Shown: positions 40,180 through 64,000 of the stretch, piece after piece | Layout: the number at the start of each line of letters is the position of its first letter | Numbering within the stretch: position 1 is the first letter of the stretch | NCBI RefSeq assembly: GCF_009914755.1 | Contig: NC_060948.1 | DNA: 64,000 nucleotides | Source of the DNA: the human T2T-CHM13v2.0 reference genome, Homo sapiens | Strand: one strand, 5' to 3' | Made by a program: the position numbers and the translations under genes | Notes under the pieces: model-generated | The model's input: the letters and a program-made list of their open reading frames with translations, nothing else | Database searches by the model: none | Told to the model about the DNA's origin: nothing

Positions 40180-40800
40180 AAACCAAGGAGAGAGGCCTCA
40201 GGAGGAACCAGCCCTGCCCACACCTTGATCTTAGACCTCCAGCCTCCAGGACTGTGGGAGAATCAATGTATGTCGTTTCTAAGCCACCCAGTCTATGGTA
40301 TTCTGTGACAGCAGCCAGAACTGGACTAAGACATGTCATAAGAAAAGGAGATGAGGACACAGACACACACAGAGGGACAACCCTGTGAGGACACAGGGAA
40401 AAGACGGCGTCTCCAAGCCCAGGAGAGAGACCTCAGGAGGAACCAGCCCTGCCCACACCTTGATGTCAGACTTCCAGCCTCCAGGACTGTGGGAGAGTCA
40501 ACGTCTGTTGTTTATAAGCCACCCAGTCTATGGTATTCTGTGATAGCAGCCTGAAATGGACTGAGACAGCTCATAAGAAGAGGAGATGAGGAGAAAACAG
40601 ACATGCACAGAGGGACGACCCTGTGAGGACACAGTGAGAAGACAGCATCTACAACCCAAGGAGAGAGGCCTCGGGAGGAGCCCGCCCAGCCCACACCTTC
40701 ATCTTGGACTTCCAGCCTCCAGGACGGTGGGAAAATCAGTGTCTGTTGTCTAAGCTGCCCAGTCTATGGGACGTCAGGCTGGCAACCCCGGCAGATGGAG
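40180..40800 (+). repeat. ~237-bp tandem repeat of an MLT1B-like LTR 3' half (~2.6 copies)
   Basis: AGGAGAGAG.CCTC.GGAGGA.CC.GCCC.GCCCACACCTT recurs near 40186, 40421 and 40659. Confidence 0.82.
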
Positions 40801-41106
40801 ACCAAGCCCAGGTGACTTCTCTCCTGACTGGGATTGGCGCAGGCTGCTGTGTGCATATGTCAAGAAAGCCTCTTTTCCAGGAAACAGGCAATTATACCCA
40901 CACTTACCTGCTACCTCAAGAGTCAGGGAGGGGAGAGACTTCAGGAGCATGAGCAATTACTCGAGTTCCCCTCCCAAGTCATTTCAATCTCCTGTTGGTT
41001 ACCTGGCTCATTCAGTCTGCCCCACAGCTCTATTGCAAACAGAGCCCTCTGTGTTCATGGGACTGTTCAAGAACACCAAGGGTTCCTGCCAGCATTTGTC
41101 TCTCTA

Positions 41107-41603
<497 letters not shown>

Positions 41604-41939
41604 TCAGAGCTGCTGCAGAATAAGAAGGGTTCGAGTCAGCCTTCCTCCTGCTGACAATGAATACCTCAGTTTTCCCTCCGGAGGCAGCCCCTTTTCCTCC
41701 TAACTCCATGAAATGTCTTTCCGGAAGGTGCAGCTGGAGCACCCTGCACCTGCACCCCAGCCAGCCCTGCACCCACATCTGTACATGCCAGGCAGTGCTG
41801 AGAACCGGGCAGGAAGGGAGGGGACAGACGTGTCTGCACAGAATCCTGCACCTGCTGGGAACAACTCAGTGTCATCAGCTATGGCCTGGGTCAAAGCACC
41901 TTTGTTTTGGGTATTCAAAGGTCAGTGAAGGGTTGAGTG

Positions 41940-43985
41940 AAAGGGAAGGAGAAAGACAGAGAAACAAAAAAAATCAATGGAAGGAAGAAAGAGAAGGAGA
42001 AAGAAAAAGAGGAAGAAGAAAGGAGGAAATAGAGAAAGGAATTAAGGAAGGAAAGAAGGAAGCATAATGGGAGGGAAGGAAGGAGTGACACAGAGAGAGA
42101 GGGAGGGAGGCAGTAAGAAAGGAAGGAAGCAGAGAACAAGACAGAAAAGAGGGAAGGAAGGAGAGAGAAAGGAAGCAGAGAAGAAAGGAGGGAGGAAGAA
42201 AAAAGGGAGAAAGGAGGGAAGAAGGGAGGAAGGGAAGGATGAAAAAAGAAAAAAAAACAGGAAGGAAGCAAAGAAGGAAGGGAGGCAGGAAGCAAAGAAG
42301 GAAAGGAGGAAGGAAGGAAAAGAGACAGAAAGAAAAAAAAAGAAGAGAAACAAAGAACCAAAGAGAAGGAAGGATGGGAGGGAGGGAGGGAGGGAAGGAT
42401 GGGAAGGAGGAAGGAAGGGAGGGAGGGAGGGAGGAAGGGAGGGAGGGAGGGAGGGAGGAAGGGAGGGAGGGAGGGAGGGAGGGAGGGAGGGAGGGGAGGG
42501 AGGGAGGGAGGGAGGGAAGGGAGGGAGGGAGGGAGGGAGGGAAGGGAGGGAGGGAGGGAGGGAGGGAGGAAGGGAGGGAGGAAGGGAGGAAGGGAGGGAA
42601 GGGAGGGAAGGGAGGGAGGGAGGGAGGGAGGGAGGAAGGGAGGGAGGGAGGGAAGGGAGGGAGGGAGGGAGGGAGGGGGGAAGGGAGGGAGGGAGGGAGG
42701 GGGGAAGGGAGGGAGGGAGGGAGGGAGGAAGGGAGGGAGAGGGGAAGGGAGGGAGGGAAGGAGGGAGGAAGGGAGGGAGGGAGGGAAGGGAGGGAGGGAG
42801 GGAGGGAGGGAGGAAGGGAGGGAAGGGAGGGAGGGAGGGAGGGAGGGGGGAAGGGAGGGAGGGAGGGGGGAAGGGGGAAGGCAGGGAGGGAAGGAGGGAG
42901 GGAGGGAGGGAGGGAGGGAGGGAGGGAAGGGAGGGAGGGAGGGAGGGAGGGAGGGAAGGGAGGGAGGGAGGGAGGGAGGGAGGGGGGAAGGGAGGGGGGA
43001 AGGGAGGGAGGGAAGGGAGGGAGGGAGGGAGGGAGAGAGGGAGGGAGAGAGGGAGGGAGGGAGGGAGGGAGGGAGGGAGGAAGGGAGGGAGGGAGGGAAG
43101 GGAGGGAGGGAGGGAAGGGAGGGAGGGAGGGAGGGAAGGGAGGGAGGGAGGGAGGGAGGGAGGGAGGAAGGGAGGAAGGGAGAGGGGAAGGGAGGGAGGG
43201 AAGGAGGGAGGAAGGGAGGGAGGGAGGGAAGGGAGGGAGGGAGGGAGGGAAGGGAGGGAGGGAGGGAGGGAGGGGGGGAAGGGAGGGAGGGAGGGAGGGG
43301 GGGAGGGAGGGAGGGAGGGGGGAAGGGAGGGAGGGAGGGAGGGAGGAAGGGAGAGGGGAAGGGAGGGAGGGAAGGAGGGAGGAAGGGAGGGAGGGAGGGA
43401 AGGGAGGGAGGGAGGGAGGGAAGGGAGGGAGGGAGGGAGGGAGGGGGGAAGGGAGGGAGGGAGGGGGGAAGGGGGGAAGGGAGGGAGGGAGGGAAGGGAG
43501 GGAGGGAGGGAGGGAGGGAGGGAAGGGAGGGAGGGAGGGAGGGAGGGAGGGAAGGGAGGGAGGGAGGGAGGGAGGGAAGGGAGGGAGGGAGGGAGGAAGG
43601 GAGGGGGGAAGGGAGGGAGGGGAGGGAGGGAGGGAGGGAGGGAGAGAGGGAGGGAGAGAGGGAGGGAGGAAGGGAGGGAGGGAGGGAGGGAAGGGAGGGA
43701 GGGAGGGAGGAAGGGAGGGAGGGAGGAAGGGAGGGAGGGAGGGAGGGAGGAAGGGAGGGAGGGAGGGAGGAAGGAAGGGAGGGAGGGAGGGAGGAATGAA
43801 GGGAGGGAGGGAGGAAGGGAGGGAGGGAGGGAGGGAGGAAGGAAGGGAGGGAGGGAGGGAGGGAAGGGAGGGAGGGAGGGAGGGAGGGAGGAAGGAAGGA
43901 AGGAAGGGAGGAAGGAAGGAAAAAAGGGAGGCAAAAGGAAGGACTGGAGGAAAAAAGAGAAGATAAGAGGAAGGAAGGGAGGGAG
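41940..43985. repeat. ~2-kb polypurine tract with a ~1.5-kb (GGGA)n core (about 42375-43920)
   Basis: Direct reading. Confidence 0.97.
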
Positions 43986-44964
43986 GAATTTATTCCTCAG
44001 AGCCTTTGCTGCATTTACCAATTCTGGTTCTGCCCCTATTTGACCAAATATCTGTGGTGACTCTGAGAATTCTGATTTCTAAGATAAGGCAGATATTGTG
44101 AATTTGAAATAGCAAATCCCTTTTGTGTCATTCAAACCACGATTTCCTTTTTGTTAGAGCTCCTGTTCTCCAGATAGCACCCAGGGCACACAGAGATATT
44201 TGCCTGTGACTCTTCAAAGAGCTTCAGAAAGCTGTTCCCTCTGAACTCCACACTTAACTTGTATTAGACATGCTGGGCTTTGCAGAAGAGACACACACAG
44301 GGCTTCCCTTTGTCCTTGGGACGGATCCCCTGTGCTGTCTGCAAGGAAACTACCTAACGCTCCACTGCCAGGAGCAGAGGGCAGCAGGAATGGCATCACC
44401 CGGGATGTCTCCTAGGGAGGAGGCTAGCAGGGCTTGGGCGGCAAACGCTCAGCTCTCTGCAAGGCACGCAGAGGCTCGTTCGCCTTCTGGAAATGTTGCT
44501 ATTTGAATGCAGACGCTGTTAGTAGATCCTTGAGTTGTGCTGAGAGAGATCTGAGGGCACATGTATTTATTTTAGCACCGTCCACATCTTAGGGCAGAAA
44601 CTCACACTCAGGGAAGTGGCTGGCAAGTAAAGAGACTCCTAGCTGAGCTTCCCAAGGAGAGTTTCCACGCCCCAAAGTTGTGGAAGAGGGGACGGAGTAA
44701 TGCTGTGGTCAAAGAGAAATTCAGAGACTTCTGCCCAGGCTCAGCTGCCTTCCTGGAAGAATGTTCTGAACATTCTACAAAGGCAACACTTCCTCTCCAT
44801 ACCTCTGCTCCAGCCACCCAGGGATCCTGCTGCTTCTGCCACGATGTCCCCTGCCTCTTGCCTCTCTGTACCTGCTGCTTGCTCCTTCTGGAATGTTCTG
44901 GAAAATAGGTTTCGGGGCTGGATGTTTTCTGGGATGCTGACTCACACGCAAATCATAGGGTGAC

Positions 44965-45680
44965 ATAATGTGTGCATGTGTGTGTGTGCACAGATATGCA
45001 TAGGTACGCATTTATGTGGATGTGTGTGTACTTGTGGGTAGATGTGTATTGTATGATTGTATGTGCATGTCTGTATGTATATGTATATGTATGTGCACGT
45101 GCATGAATGCACACGTTAATGGGTACGTGTGTGTATTCATGCATGTGTTTGGATAAATATATGTGCATGCATGTGTGTGGGGGCGCAGATGTGCGGGTAT
45201 GGGCCTGCGTGTGTTTGCACATGTGTATATGTATGCATGCATGTGAATGTGTACTTGAGGGATGTGTATTGTATGAGTGTATGTGCATGTCTGTATGTAT
45301 ATGGATATGTGTGAGTACATGTACGTACATGCATGTGCATGAATGCACATGTGAATATGTGCATGTGTCGATAGGAATATACATTTGCATAAATGTGTGC
45401 ATGTGTGTTTGCTCATGCATATGTGCACACATGCATGTGGGCACAGATGTGTGGATATACGCATGTCTGTGTGCATGGGTTTGCACGTGTATATGTGCAT
45501 GTGTGTCTATGCATGTGAAGGTGTGTGTGCATTTATGCACGTGAGCATGTGTGCACATACTATGCATGTGTGGGAGGGGTGCAGGTGCGCGCATGTGTTT
45601 GCATCTATATGTGTGTATTTGTACATGTGTGCATGTATGTGTGCATGAGTGTGCACATGTGTACGTGCACACACGTGCTC
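44965..45680. repeat. Degenerate TG-rich (CATGTG/TGTG) tract
   Basis: Direct reading. Confidence 0.92.
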
Positions 45681-45908
45681 TCAACTCCCCAATGAGAGCT
45701 GTGGGTTGTGCTAAACTTCTAGGGATGTTTCATGGCCTCAGTGACCACCTGAAGCAGAGAGGATTAAGAAAACCTTCCTTTAACTACAATCTCGTAAGAC
45801 ACACACACAAACCTGCTCTTACCAGGAATAAACACTCACCTGACAGACAACAGAGAGGAGATGGCTTGTGCTGTTTAATGTCAGGTAACACAGGTCTTAA
45901 GTGGGCTC

Positions 45909-46343
45909 TGTGATGATTGAGTTCACGTATCAATTGGCTGGGCTATGGTGCCCAGACATTTGGTCAAGCACCAGACTGGGTAGTTTGTGGATATCATTAA
46001 CATTTACAAATCAGTTGCATTTAAGCGAAGGAGAGGACGCTTCACAATGTGGGTGGGCCTCACCTCATCAGGAGAAGGCCTTCACAGCAAACACTGACAC
46101 TTACTAGAAAAGGAATTCCACTCCAGACTGTGACAGGGCAATCCTGCCTGAGTGTCCAGCCTGCCCTGCAGATTTTAGGCTCAAGGCTGCAATGTCAAAT
46201 CTTGGCCAGGTCTCCAGCCTGCCAGCCAGCCTACCAATTTTGGACTTGCCCGCCCCTACAATCCCAAGAGTCAATTAAACTAAATCTTTCTCTATGCATA
46301 GATCCTATTGGTCCTGTTTTTCTTGAGAACTGCGACTAATACA
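45909..46343 (+). mobile_element. MLT2-type (ERVL) LTR
   Basis: TGTGATGATTGAGTTCACGTATCAATTGGCTGGGC...CCTATTGGTCCTGTTTTTCTTGAGAACTGCGACTAATACA. Confidence 0.75.
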
Positions 46344-46779
46344 AAATTGAACGGTCTCAATGGCAGAGAGTCTGGGCATTCTGAAACCAGGAAGAAATGC
46401 CGGGCTCCAGGAATGATCTTGGCTCATCTCTTAGCTTGAGTCACTGGAAGGTCTCGCACAGAGACCTTCAATCAAAAGCACAGAGACTGCTGGCTGGCTT
46501 TTAAGGCTAAACCAAAGGAGGGCATTTATCCACTCAAGGGAAGAAGTTTCCCATCCAAAGAGGACACTTCTTTTTAGGGTGGCAGCCTCAGAGCCTATGA
46601 TGTCTTTGTTCCTGGGGAGTCTGTTAGAGCCACCAGAGAGTCCATCACAGACATACCCTGTGGAAAGGAGAGATGGCATCTCCTTGGACAAAACGGCCCT
46701 TCCCAGTTCTGTAACTTCTGTGGCATTTCCAATGTGTACCTCAAACTGATCTGGGTGGCATCACCTCTGAGCCTGAGAG

Positions 46780-47580
46780 AACCTCCCTCTTTCCCTCCCT
46801 CTCTCTCACACCCTTCTCCTTCCTCCTTTGCTTCCTCTTCCTTTTTCTCTTTTTCTCTCTCTATTCCTCTTTCTCTTCCTCCCCCATCTTATCCTCCTCC
46901 TCTTTCATTTCTTCCTTCTCCTTCTCTTTCCCCCTTATCCTCCTCCTATTCTTCTATCCCTTCCTCTTCCTTTTTCTCTCTTCTTCCTCCTCCATCGTAT
47001 CCTCCTTTTTCTTTTTTCCCTTATTCTCCTTTCCCATCTCTTTCTCCCTTTCTCTTCTCTCTCTGCCTTTTCTTCTTTTTTTCTTTCTCCTCTTTTCTCT
47101 TCTTGCCTTTTCACTCTCTATTCCTCTTTTTTTCTCCTCCATCTTCTCTTCTTCCTCCTCCACCTCGTCCTCTTCCTCCTTTCTGCCTTATCCTCCTCCT
47201 GTTTTTCTCTCTATCCCTCTCTCTCCCTTCCTCTTCCTTTCTTTCTCCTCTTTCTCATTTTCTCCCTCTTCTTCCTCCTCCATCTTCTCCAACTTCTTCC
47301 TCCTCCTCCTCTTTCTCTTATCTTCTTCTTTTCCTCTATCTTTCTCTTCCTCTTCTCTCCTCCTTCTCTTTTCTTTCTGCCCTTCTTTCCTTTTCTCTAT
47401 TCCTCCCTTTTTCCTCCTCCTTCATCTTCTCCTCCTTCTTCCTTCTCCTCCTTTTTCTCTTTCTATCCCTCTGTCTTCCTCCTTTTATTTTTTCTCCTTT
47501 TCCTCATCTTCCTTTTTCTCTCTCTCCCTTCCCTTCCTCCTCTTCCCCTTCCTCTTTCTCCTCCTCTCTCTCTGCCCCCT
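46780..47580. repeat. ~800-bp CT-rich low-complexity tract
   Basis: Direct reading. Confidence 0.93.
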
Positions 47581-47894
47581 CTATTATCAATTTACAGTAT
47601 AATCCAGCTTTTCCTAAAAAAAAACTAGACAACCTTCACACTACACCCTTCTGTTTCTAAAAGTCTTCCTCTGAATCGAAATCACTCTTGTTCACTTGTG
47701 TGAGGCTGGGGGATTCCTGAATGAACTTGTATCCACTTGTTTTGAAAACAACAACAACTAAAGCAACAGAACTTCCTTTAGGATTCATATAGAGCATTCA
47801 TATGGAATTACCGAGAACTATCTTCTTTTGTCCACAGCCCCAAAGCTGGGGCTCAATCCCCTGCAGTCCTGGGGTCTGGGGTCCTCACGCTTAG

Positions 47895-48570
<676 letters not shown>

Positions 48571-49516
48571 GCAAGGAACTGTGGCTTCGCGGCAGAATTT
48601 CATTATCTGCCGCTGTGCAGCTGTGGCTGACAGACGCTGTCTTCCACACATTCTCGGAATGATGAAGTGGGCTTGCTTGGTGACGCCTTGTGCAGGGAAA
48701 TGAAAGTTGTCTTCTGAATACACAAGACGGTCCTGTAAATCATGCTCCCTGTGGCTTAAATAACACATCCTGTTTTATCTACAGCTTTTTTTTTTTTTAA
48801 ATGACAATCTTTAGAGACTGGCAAGAGGACAGAAGATGTATAAATGTGAACCCAAATCCAAGAACGCAGTGTGTTCCCTTTTAACAGACACAAGAGCATC
48901 TTTGAAGTTCCAGACGCCCGGCTGGGGGGCGCTGGGGAGACGGTGCAGCACCATTTATGGTAAAATCTGCATCAAGCCACTCTTGAGTCCTGGAGAGTGT
49001 TGGAGCTGCAAGCTACAGAAACCATTTCAACTTCATTCAGTCCAATGAATGTTTATTAAATGCTCACCCGTATTTTGCCAGCTCTTGGGGCAAAGGAAGA
49101 GAATTTCAGAAATAACCCCTGCTGCCCAGGAGCTTCCAATAGACATGGGCAGTGGGTGGATGGTGAGGCACAAGTGCAGGAAAAAAAAAAGATGAAACAC
49201 ACACAAAATAGAAGATAGAGTTTCAAGTGTACTAAATAGAGCCACAAGCAATATAGTCAGAGAGAGGAATGAATGGCTCATAATTACATAATTACACAGA
49301 GCTTTACAGTGGAGAAAATGGTTTCCCATATATTCTGTCGGCAATGTTCACAACACTCTTATGTGATATTATTATCCAGAATTAACAAATTAGAAAAATG
49401 AGAGGCATAGCAGGGAAGGAGAGGAGAAGGGAGCTGTTGCAGGAAATAGCCACTGCCTGATTCTTCCAGGGACCCCTCCCTCGTCATCTCCCTTCTTTCT
49501 CTGCTTTGCTATCATG

Positions 49517-49915
49517 AGCCCTGATCCATGCACACAGCTGGATCCATGCACATGCATTCAATATCTCCCTCCCTGCCTTCACCCATGCACACAGCCCTGA
49601 TCCATGCACACAGCTGGCTCCATACACATGCATTCTGCAGCTGCCTCCCTGCCTGCATCCATGCACACAGCCCTGATCCACGCACACAGCTGGCTCCATG
49701 CATGTGCATTCAATATCTCCCTCCCTGCCTTCACCCATGCACACAGCCCTGATCCATGCACATGCATTCAATATTTCCCTCCCTGCCTTCATCCATGCAC
49801 ACAGCCCTGATCCATGCACACAGCCCAGATCCATGCACACAGCTAGACCCACACACACACATTCAGTACCTCCTTCCCTGCCTTCCAGGCACAGAGCCCT
49901 GATCCACGCACACAG
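49517..49915. repeat. 76-bp minisatellite, ~5 diverged copies
   Basis: AGCCCTGATCC at 49517, 49593, 49669, 49745, 49803 and ~49895. Confidence 0.85.
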
Positions 49916-49924
49916 CTGTTTTAG

Positions 49925-56667
<6,743 letters not shown>

Positions 56668-56711
56668 TCACGACAACGAAGATCATTGCAGAAATGTGGG
56701 AGCTTTCAGCT

Positions 56712-57670
<959 letters not shown>

Positions 57671-57839
57671 GCATCCCCAAACGGTCTCCAGCTCCTAAGA
57701 AGATTCATTTATGGGCACTACCTAGCTACACAGCGTCACCCACCGAGCTCGCACACAACCAAGGCTTTGGGGTGAGAATGTACAAATACATCACGGAATC
57801 CAAGCCCCCAACACCGCACACGCAGCCTGGAAGTGGTTG

Positions 57840-58392
57840 TGTCAGAGCTGTGTGAACCAGCGTGACTCCATCTTGAATAGGGGCTGGGTAACACGAGGCT
57901 GAGACCTGCTGGGCTGCATTCCCAGGCGGTTAAGGTATGCTAAGTCGCAGGATGAGATAAGAGGTTGCTACAAGGTACAGGTCATAAAAACCTTGCTGAT
58001 ACAACAGCTTGCAGTAAAGAAGCGGGCCAAAACCCACAAAAAGCAAAATGGCGACAAGAGTGACCTCCGGCTGTCGTGACGGCTACATTCCCACCAGCGC
58101 CAGGACAGTTACAAATGCCACGGCAATGTCAGGAAGTTACCCTCTACGGTCTAAAAAGGGGAGGCATGAATAATCCCCCCCTCGTTTAGCATATCATCAA
58201 GAAATCACCGTAAAAATGGCCAACCAGCGGCCGCCGGGGATGCTTTGTCTGCGGAGGAGCCATTCATTTACTCCTCTACCTTCTCAATAACTTGCTTCTC
58301 TTTCCACCACTGAGCCGTCCTGAATTCTTTCTTGCACGAGATCCAAGAACCCTCCCTTGGGGTCTGGACTGGGGACCCCCTTTCCTGTAGCA
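57840..58392 (+). mobile_element. MER41A-type solo LTR, 553 bp, ending 43 bp from the DHRSX exon donor
   Basis: TGTCAGAGCTGTGTGAACCAG..ACTCCATCTTGAATAGGGGCTGGGTAA...GATCCAAGAACCCTCCCTTGGGGTCTGGA...CCTTTCCTGTAGCA. Confidence 0.87.
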
Positions 58393-58435
58393 TCTTCAGG
58401 TGCAGCCGTGAATCAGAGAAGCAGAAGGGGCTTAC

Positions 58436-58643
58436 CTTGAAAAGCAACCAGCCGAGAAGCTTCTTCGCCAGACGGGTGGCCCAGAACACGTGCTTGTAGA
58501 GGTCCGTGTTGACCACCCCGGGGTCCACCACGTTGGCGGTCACGTGGCTTCCCTCAGCCGCCAGCAGCCGCTGGAGGTGGTAGGTGAACAGGACAAGGGC
58601 CAGCTTGCTCTGGGCGTAGGCTGCGTGGGGTGAGTAGCAGGCA
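58436..58643 (-). CDS. DHRSX: DHRSX penultimate coding exon (208 bp): (S)ACYSPHAAYAQSKLALVLFTYHLQRLLAAEGSHVTANVVDPGVVNTDLYKHVFWATRLAKKLLGWLLFK
   Basis: Acceptor TTCTCCTGCTTGCCCCACAG|T and donor AAG|GTAAG; catalytic YAQSK (Tyr codon 58616-58618, Lys codon 58604-58606) and VDPGVVNT SDR motif; splices in frame to 35883. Confidence 0.97.
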
Positions 58644-58888
58644 CTGTGGGGCAAGCAGGAGAAGGTGTAAGAGGCTGACGGCGTTCACGCCTAAGTGCTT
58701 CATCCCAGCAGCATCTGTACCTGCGGCCACGGCCACGTCTATACGCAGCCACCTCCCCTAGACCCATGTGTGATCATGCCATCTGTTGGCCAGTTTTCCA
58801 ACGCGTGTGGATTTTTCTAGTTCACCTTTTTATTATAAACTCATCCCTTAATTGTATTGGGGTCAGATATGTTAAATTATGTTACTAA

Positions 58889-60407
<1,519 letters not shown>

Positions 60408-60451
60408 AATTTTCTGAATTAACCACATGGTATATGTATCCTGATGGAAGC

Positions 60452-61534
<1,083 letters not shown>

Positions 61535-61740
61535 AAGCCATCTCAGATATAGTTTGAATATCAGCATGATATTTATGCTAAAAAACTAAAGATAAGATCA
61601 AAAAGCCTAAAAGAATGTTTAACACATTCAAAAGATCAAAAGAAAGACATCCGTCATCATATGCGTTTCAGAAAAAGCTTCTGAAAATCCAATGCCTCTT
61701 ACCAACAAAAGCTGTTCCTAAATAAGAATACAATATTGAG

Positions 61741-63102
<1,362 letters not shown>

Positions 63103-63148
63103 TCATTTTTTCATAAAATAAATGAACAAAACCAATAATGCATGCCTA

Positions 63149-64000
<852 letters not shown>

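Noticed and set aside
39436-40388. His/Thr/Met-rich ORFs that look like metal-binding proteins (also 44953-45684)
   Set aside because: Translations of CA/TG simple repeats.
42042-44043. ~660-aa proline-rich and GREG-repeat ORFs
   Set aside because: Artefacts of the (GGGA)n tract.
46734-47660. Hydrophobic Leu/Phe/Ser/Pro ORFs resembling membrane proteins
   Set aside because: CT-rich low-complexity sequence.

Overview
Primate (most likely human) genomic DNA, very repeat-dense. It contains the 3' end of DHRSX on the minus strand: the penultimate coding exon (58436-58643, carrying the SDR catalytic YxxxK motif), a ~22.5 kb last intron, and the last exon (CDS 35695-35883 plus a ~1.5 kb 3' UTR ending near 34170). 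DHRSX is known to lie in pseudoautosomal region 1 (Xp22.33/Yp11.3). The remaining ~34 kb is downstream intergenic DNA. Almost everything else is about 50 Alus, L1 fragments, solo LTRs (LTR7C-like, LTR22, MER4, MER41A, THE1, MST, MLT1/2, MER34/39-like), DNA transposon relics (MER20, Tigger3a, MER44, MER45A), a 41-bp minisatellite, and kilobase-long GGAA, GGGA, CA, TG and CT tracts. All long ORFs in the track other than the two DHRSX exons and one L1 ORF2 remnant are repeat artefacts. I found no convincing new gene system. The most unusual structures are an apparent L1-retroposed copy of a DNA transposon (MER44), a twin-primed L1 whose priming site is still readable, Alus flanked by 64-71 bp direct repeats, a tandem array built from MLT1 LTRs, and several possible alternative DHRSX 3' ends. 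Repeat family names come from recalled consensus sequences and were not checked by a search. Repeat boundaries are approximate unless a TSD is quoted.
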